The notes below the pieces were generated by a model. That model ran no database searches, was not told the origin of the DNA, and worked only from the letters and a program-made list of their open reading frames with translations. The position numbers and the translations under genes were made by a program. A DNA stretch of 64,000 bases from Phyllosticta citribraziliensis (taxonomy: Eukaryota), in contig NW_027117338.1 in assembly GCF_038025025.1 (NCBI RefSeq), positions 1,054,001-1,118,000 on the forward strand, written 5' to 3'. Position 1 is the first letter of the stretch. Every line of letters begins with the position of its first letter. Positions 60,321 through 64,000 of this stretch are shown one piece after another.

Positions 60321-62941
60321 ATGTTCGCAAACCTTGTCTGTTCGCCTCCTCTCGGGCAGACGACAATTCTAGCCCCAGACACCAAATCCGTTCTGTTCAC
60401 TGCATTGATCGAAACAGACCCGACCTCCGATCGCGACTGGGAAGTTGCTTTGTGGCACAATCATTCTGGCGTGGGGAATTGGGAAAAGCTCGCTTTTGAC
60501 AAGCAACAAGGGCCGCTCTCGACGGTATTCTTCCGCACCAACACAAGCCAAGCGGTTCTAACGACAGCCAGCTGGTCGTCGCACGTCCAGACTCAAATCA
60601 TGTTCGCCACCAGTGGTTCTCTGTGAAGCTTGCAGGGCGGCCTGGTCACTCCGTCTCCTTCACCATCACCTTCAGAAGTGGGCCGTCCGAGCCGTGGAAA
60701 TGGGCAAATGAACAATTCTCCTTCTCTGATGGCCATTTGGTCTATCAAGAGCCATCGCTCAAGAGCTCTTCCTTGGGCAATTATCTCAATAACATTAGCA
60801 GCAGTCTCCAGATTGACCAGGAAGCAAGCCAAACTTCAGATACTTTACTTTGGACAGCCACAGGCAAAGCTCCACCAGCATCCGGAGACCGCTCAGGCTG
60901 GCGCTCCTTTACTCTGGGTAAACCAACAGATATCAGCAAGTGGTTCGCGCTTGTTCGCCTTTGGAGCCCATGGCTTGCCCCACGACACGGTAAAGGCGAA
61001 TTTTCTCCGGACAAAGAGGCTGTCCTCGCTTCATTCCAGCGCGCCGATGGTCACCATGTTGTCGTGCTAGCCGTGAGTGGTCTCAACAATGTTCTCACTG
61101 AACTTGTTCACGACCACCAAGGCAATATGGTCATTCGCGCTCGAAATGATGGCACCAATGAACAAGAATCGACAGTCATCATTTCAGTCGCAAAGGAATT
61201 CGAAATTGCCAATGCTGCTGTCATGTATCACGCCCGCCGCCTGGTGATGAAATACGACATTGCCCATAACCAAGTCGAGGCTGAGTTGCGAACTTTGGAG
61301 CAAAAAGAAATTAAACCTGAATGGCTCGAGGAATGGTACGACGGTCTTACCTATTGCACGTGGAATGGCCTTGGCCAAAACCTCACCGAGGAGGCAATTT
61401 TCAAGGCCCTCGATGCTCTAGAGAAAAACGACATCACGGTCACAAATCTCATCATCGACGACAACTGGCAATCTCTGGACAATGAAGGCGCAGGGCAGTT
61501 TCAACGTGGATGGATGGAATTTGAAGCCAACAAGCAAGGATTTCCCCAGGGCCTTGGTTATACGACCACTGAGATCCGCAAGAGGTTCAAGAACATCTCC
61601 CACATTGCCGTGTGGCATGCAATTCTGGGCTATTGGGGCGGCATTTCTCCCGACGGTTTGATTGCCAAAACTTACAAGACCGTGGAAGTCCAAAAGAAGG
61701 ATGGTGTTTCTGGGGGCAAAATGCTGGTAGTCGACGAGGAAGACGTGTCGCGCATGTATCAAGACTTTTACTCGTTTCTCCAACTCTCAGGGATAGATTC
61801 CGTCAAGACCGATGCCCAATTCTTCCTTGATGAGCTTGACGAGGCGATTCCACGGAGGCGTCTGATTCGAACATACCAGGACGCTTGGAGTGTCAGCATT
61901 CTTCGATTTTTCTCCGCCAAAGCGATTTCTTGCATGTCACAAGTGCCTCAGATCCTGTTCCATTCGCAAATTCCGACAAACAAGCCACGCATAATGGTCC
62001 GCAACTCTGATGACTTTTTCCCGGAGGTGCCTGCGTCACATCCGTGGCATGTCTACTGCAACGCGCACAACTCGCTCTTAACGCAACACCTCAATGTACT
62101 CCCCGACTGGGACATGTTTCAGACCTCTCATCCATGGGCCTCGTTCCACGCGGCTGCGCGCTGCATCTCAGGGGGTCCGATTTACATCACAGATGTACCA
62201 GGCCAGCACAACATTGATCTGATCCGCCAAATGACGGCCAAGACTCCGCGGGGCTCTACCGTCATCCTGCGCCCCCATCGCATAGGCAAGACCATCGATG
62301 CCTACGTCGCTTACGATGAGCCACAGCTGCTAAAGATTGGCACATTCATTGGCCGCCAGGGTTCTGGAACAGGCATCCTGGGTGTCTTCAACACGACCCA
62401 GAGGCACCTGACTGAACTTCTCACGCTTGATCATTTCCCTGGTACGGAGGATGGAGAATATGTTGTCCGCGCTCATACCACAGGTCAAATAAGCGCCCCA
62501 ATCAAGAGAGGTCAGGAATCGGCGTTCGTCCACCTTGATCTCCCAGTCCAGGAATGGGAAATCTTGTCAGCGGCACCGGTGTCCACACATAACACATCGA
62601 CTGGCTCCGTCAAGCTCGCAGTCCTGGGTCTTGTTGGAAAAATGACTGGCGCGGCCGCGATCGTCAACTACGACGTGTATGTAGAGCGCGAGGGTGGTCA
62701 TCATCTCAGGATTTGGACCAGCCTTAAGGCTCTCGGGACCTATGGAATTTGGATCGAGGACCTGGAGAAGTTGGACATTGAGAACCAGTTCATTGCGCTG
62801 ATCTTTGGCAAGCCAGTGTCCATGGAATGTGTCAGGGTCAAGAAGAGCGTGCTGGAGATTGACTTGGTGAGGGCGTGGGAGGAGAGCGATCAGAGAGCTG
62901 GCTGGAGCAACGAGGTTGCCATTGAAGTCATTATTCGCTGA
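60321..62941 (+). CDS. GH36 raffinose synthase/Sip1-like alpha-galactosidase; intron 60525-60571
   Basis: YCTWN, LIIDDNWQ, VWHAILGYWGG, VKTDAQ, RNSDDFFP, PDWDMFQT, ISGGPIYITD. Confidence 0.92.
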
Positions 62942-63163
62942 GGGTACAAAAGTTGATGGCGCGGCACAAAAGCAAAGCAGTCCTGCAGTTGTCCTAAGCA
63001 AAGTGTTATCCTTTATTTTCCCAATCCACCTCGTGTGTTCACGCAGTCTGTATTGGATTGACAGCATTTTTGGCTTAGGTACCTAGGTAAAAGTCGACAA
63101 AAGATACGGATCTCTGACGCAAGCATATGTTGCTGACTGGCTCTGCTTTCAAACAACAGAAGC

Positions 63164-64000
63164 CTATTCCCCATGCAATCCCAGGTCCAGCGTCCAGGCG
63201 TCCATACCCACCCCAACTAAGACGACAGTCCGTCTCCTCTCATCTTCTTCCTTGCAACCCAACACCGCCATGTCAGACACGTCTGCCACGGCCGTGGGCT
63301 CGTCGGCAACACAACTCACGTCCACACCCTCCACGCCTTCTTTCTCCAGATCGACCGTGATCTCCCACACCTTGACACGCTGGTCGTTGCCGCTCGTCAC
63401 AGCCAGGAATCGGTTTTCGTCCTCGCTGCAGCGGAGCAGTGCACTTGCCGTCACTGTCGCGGCGTGGGCGGTTGGCATGATGAGCGTGCTTACACTGGTC
63501 GATGAGGTCTTTGTTTCGTGGTTGTGTCGGGTCTTGATCAGTGAGAGCGCGACGGCATTGTCATCGCCTCCGGTGAGAAGAAGCGCTGCGTCTGCTGTAA
63601 TTCTTTGGTGGCTGAGAGCTTTGACGGTGCTCTGGTGGACCATTTTGCGAGTGGCAAAGGACAACTCAGTGCGAAGATTGTCCACGGCGGCTTTCTTGTG
63701 GGACGAAGAGGTAGTCTGGATGTTGGGCCAAAATGTAATGTGTCCGTCTGTTCCAGCGGTAAGGAAATGTCGGTAGTCGACATGGATCACTTGGGTGAGA
63801 CAAGAAGTGGCATATGTGCCGACGTGGATGAGACGGAAGGTCTTGGTGGATAGCTTGGAAGTGTAGGTGTACCTCTGTTTCGATACGTCAGTCTTTTCGC
63901 TCTTTCAGAGCGCCTGAAGGCGGAAGATTAATGTTTACCCTTAGAGTTGAATCAGAGAAAACCATCGTGATGATGAACTCCCCGTCTCTGTCCTCATCCA
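63164..64000 (-). CDS. C-terminal part of a WD-repeat protein, Trm734/Rtt10/WDR6-like (continues beyond the window)
   Basis: LTAGTDGH, HQSTVK, TGGDDNA, AHAATVT, TSGNDQRVKVW, VADVSD, VGVGMDAW. Confidence 0.8.

Overview
Gene-dense, GC-rich nuclear DNA from a filamentous ascomycete (Pezizomycotina; a Dothideomycete is only my guess). Genes carry short GT-AG spliceosomal introns with CTRAC branch points, so most ORF-track entries are exon fragments or antisense shadows. About 24 protein-coding loci can be supported. Housekeeping genes: NCS6/CTU1, a PCL-family cyclin, GPI18/PIG-V, GAB1/PIG-U, NOP7, MSH6, mitochondrial TyrRS and the 3' end of a TRM734/WDR6-like gene. Others: a GH36 Sip1-like enzyme, a 3-oxoacid CoA-transferase, a Zn2Cys6 factor, GNAT, SDR and DUF427 proteins, two Ser/Thr-rich surface proteins and several hypotheticals. 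Best leads: (1) a 3 kb island with a calcineurin-like phosphoesterase divergent from two nucleotidyltransferase-fold genes, one with AbiEii/MenT-like motifs and two frameshifts; (2) a structured 240-nt 5'-UTR intron in NOP7 with H/ACA-like boxes and a strong-context uORF; (3) a CoA-transferase / PTS1-bearing AhpD-like / Zn2Cys6 mini-cluster with shared CGG motifs; (4) a RIP-scarred, hairpin-rich relic with a perfect tRNA T-arm/B-box; (5) an ~800-nt AUG-free leader and Ste12-type elements upstream of the cyclin. All family assignments come from motif recognition by eye; no searches were run.
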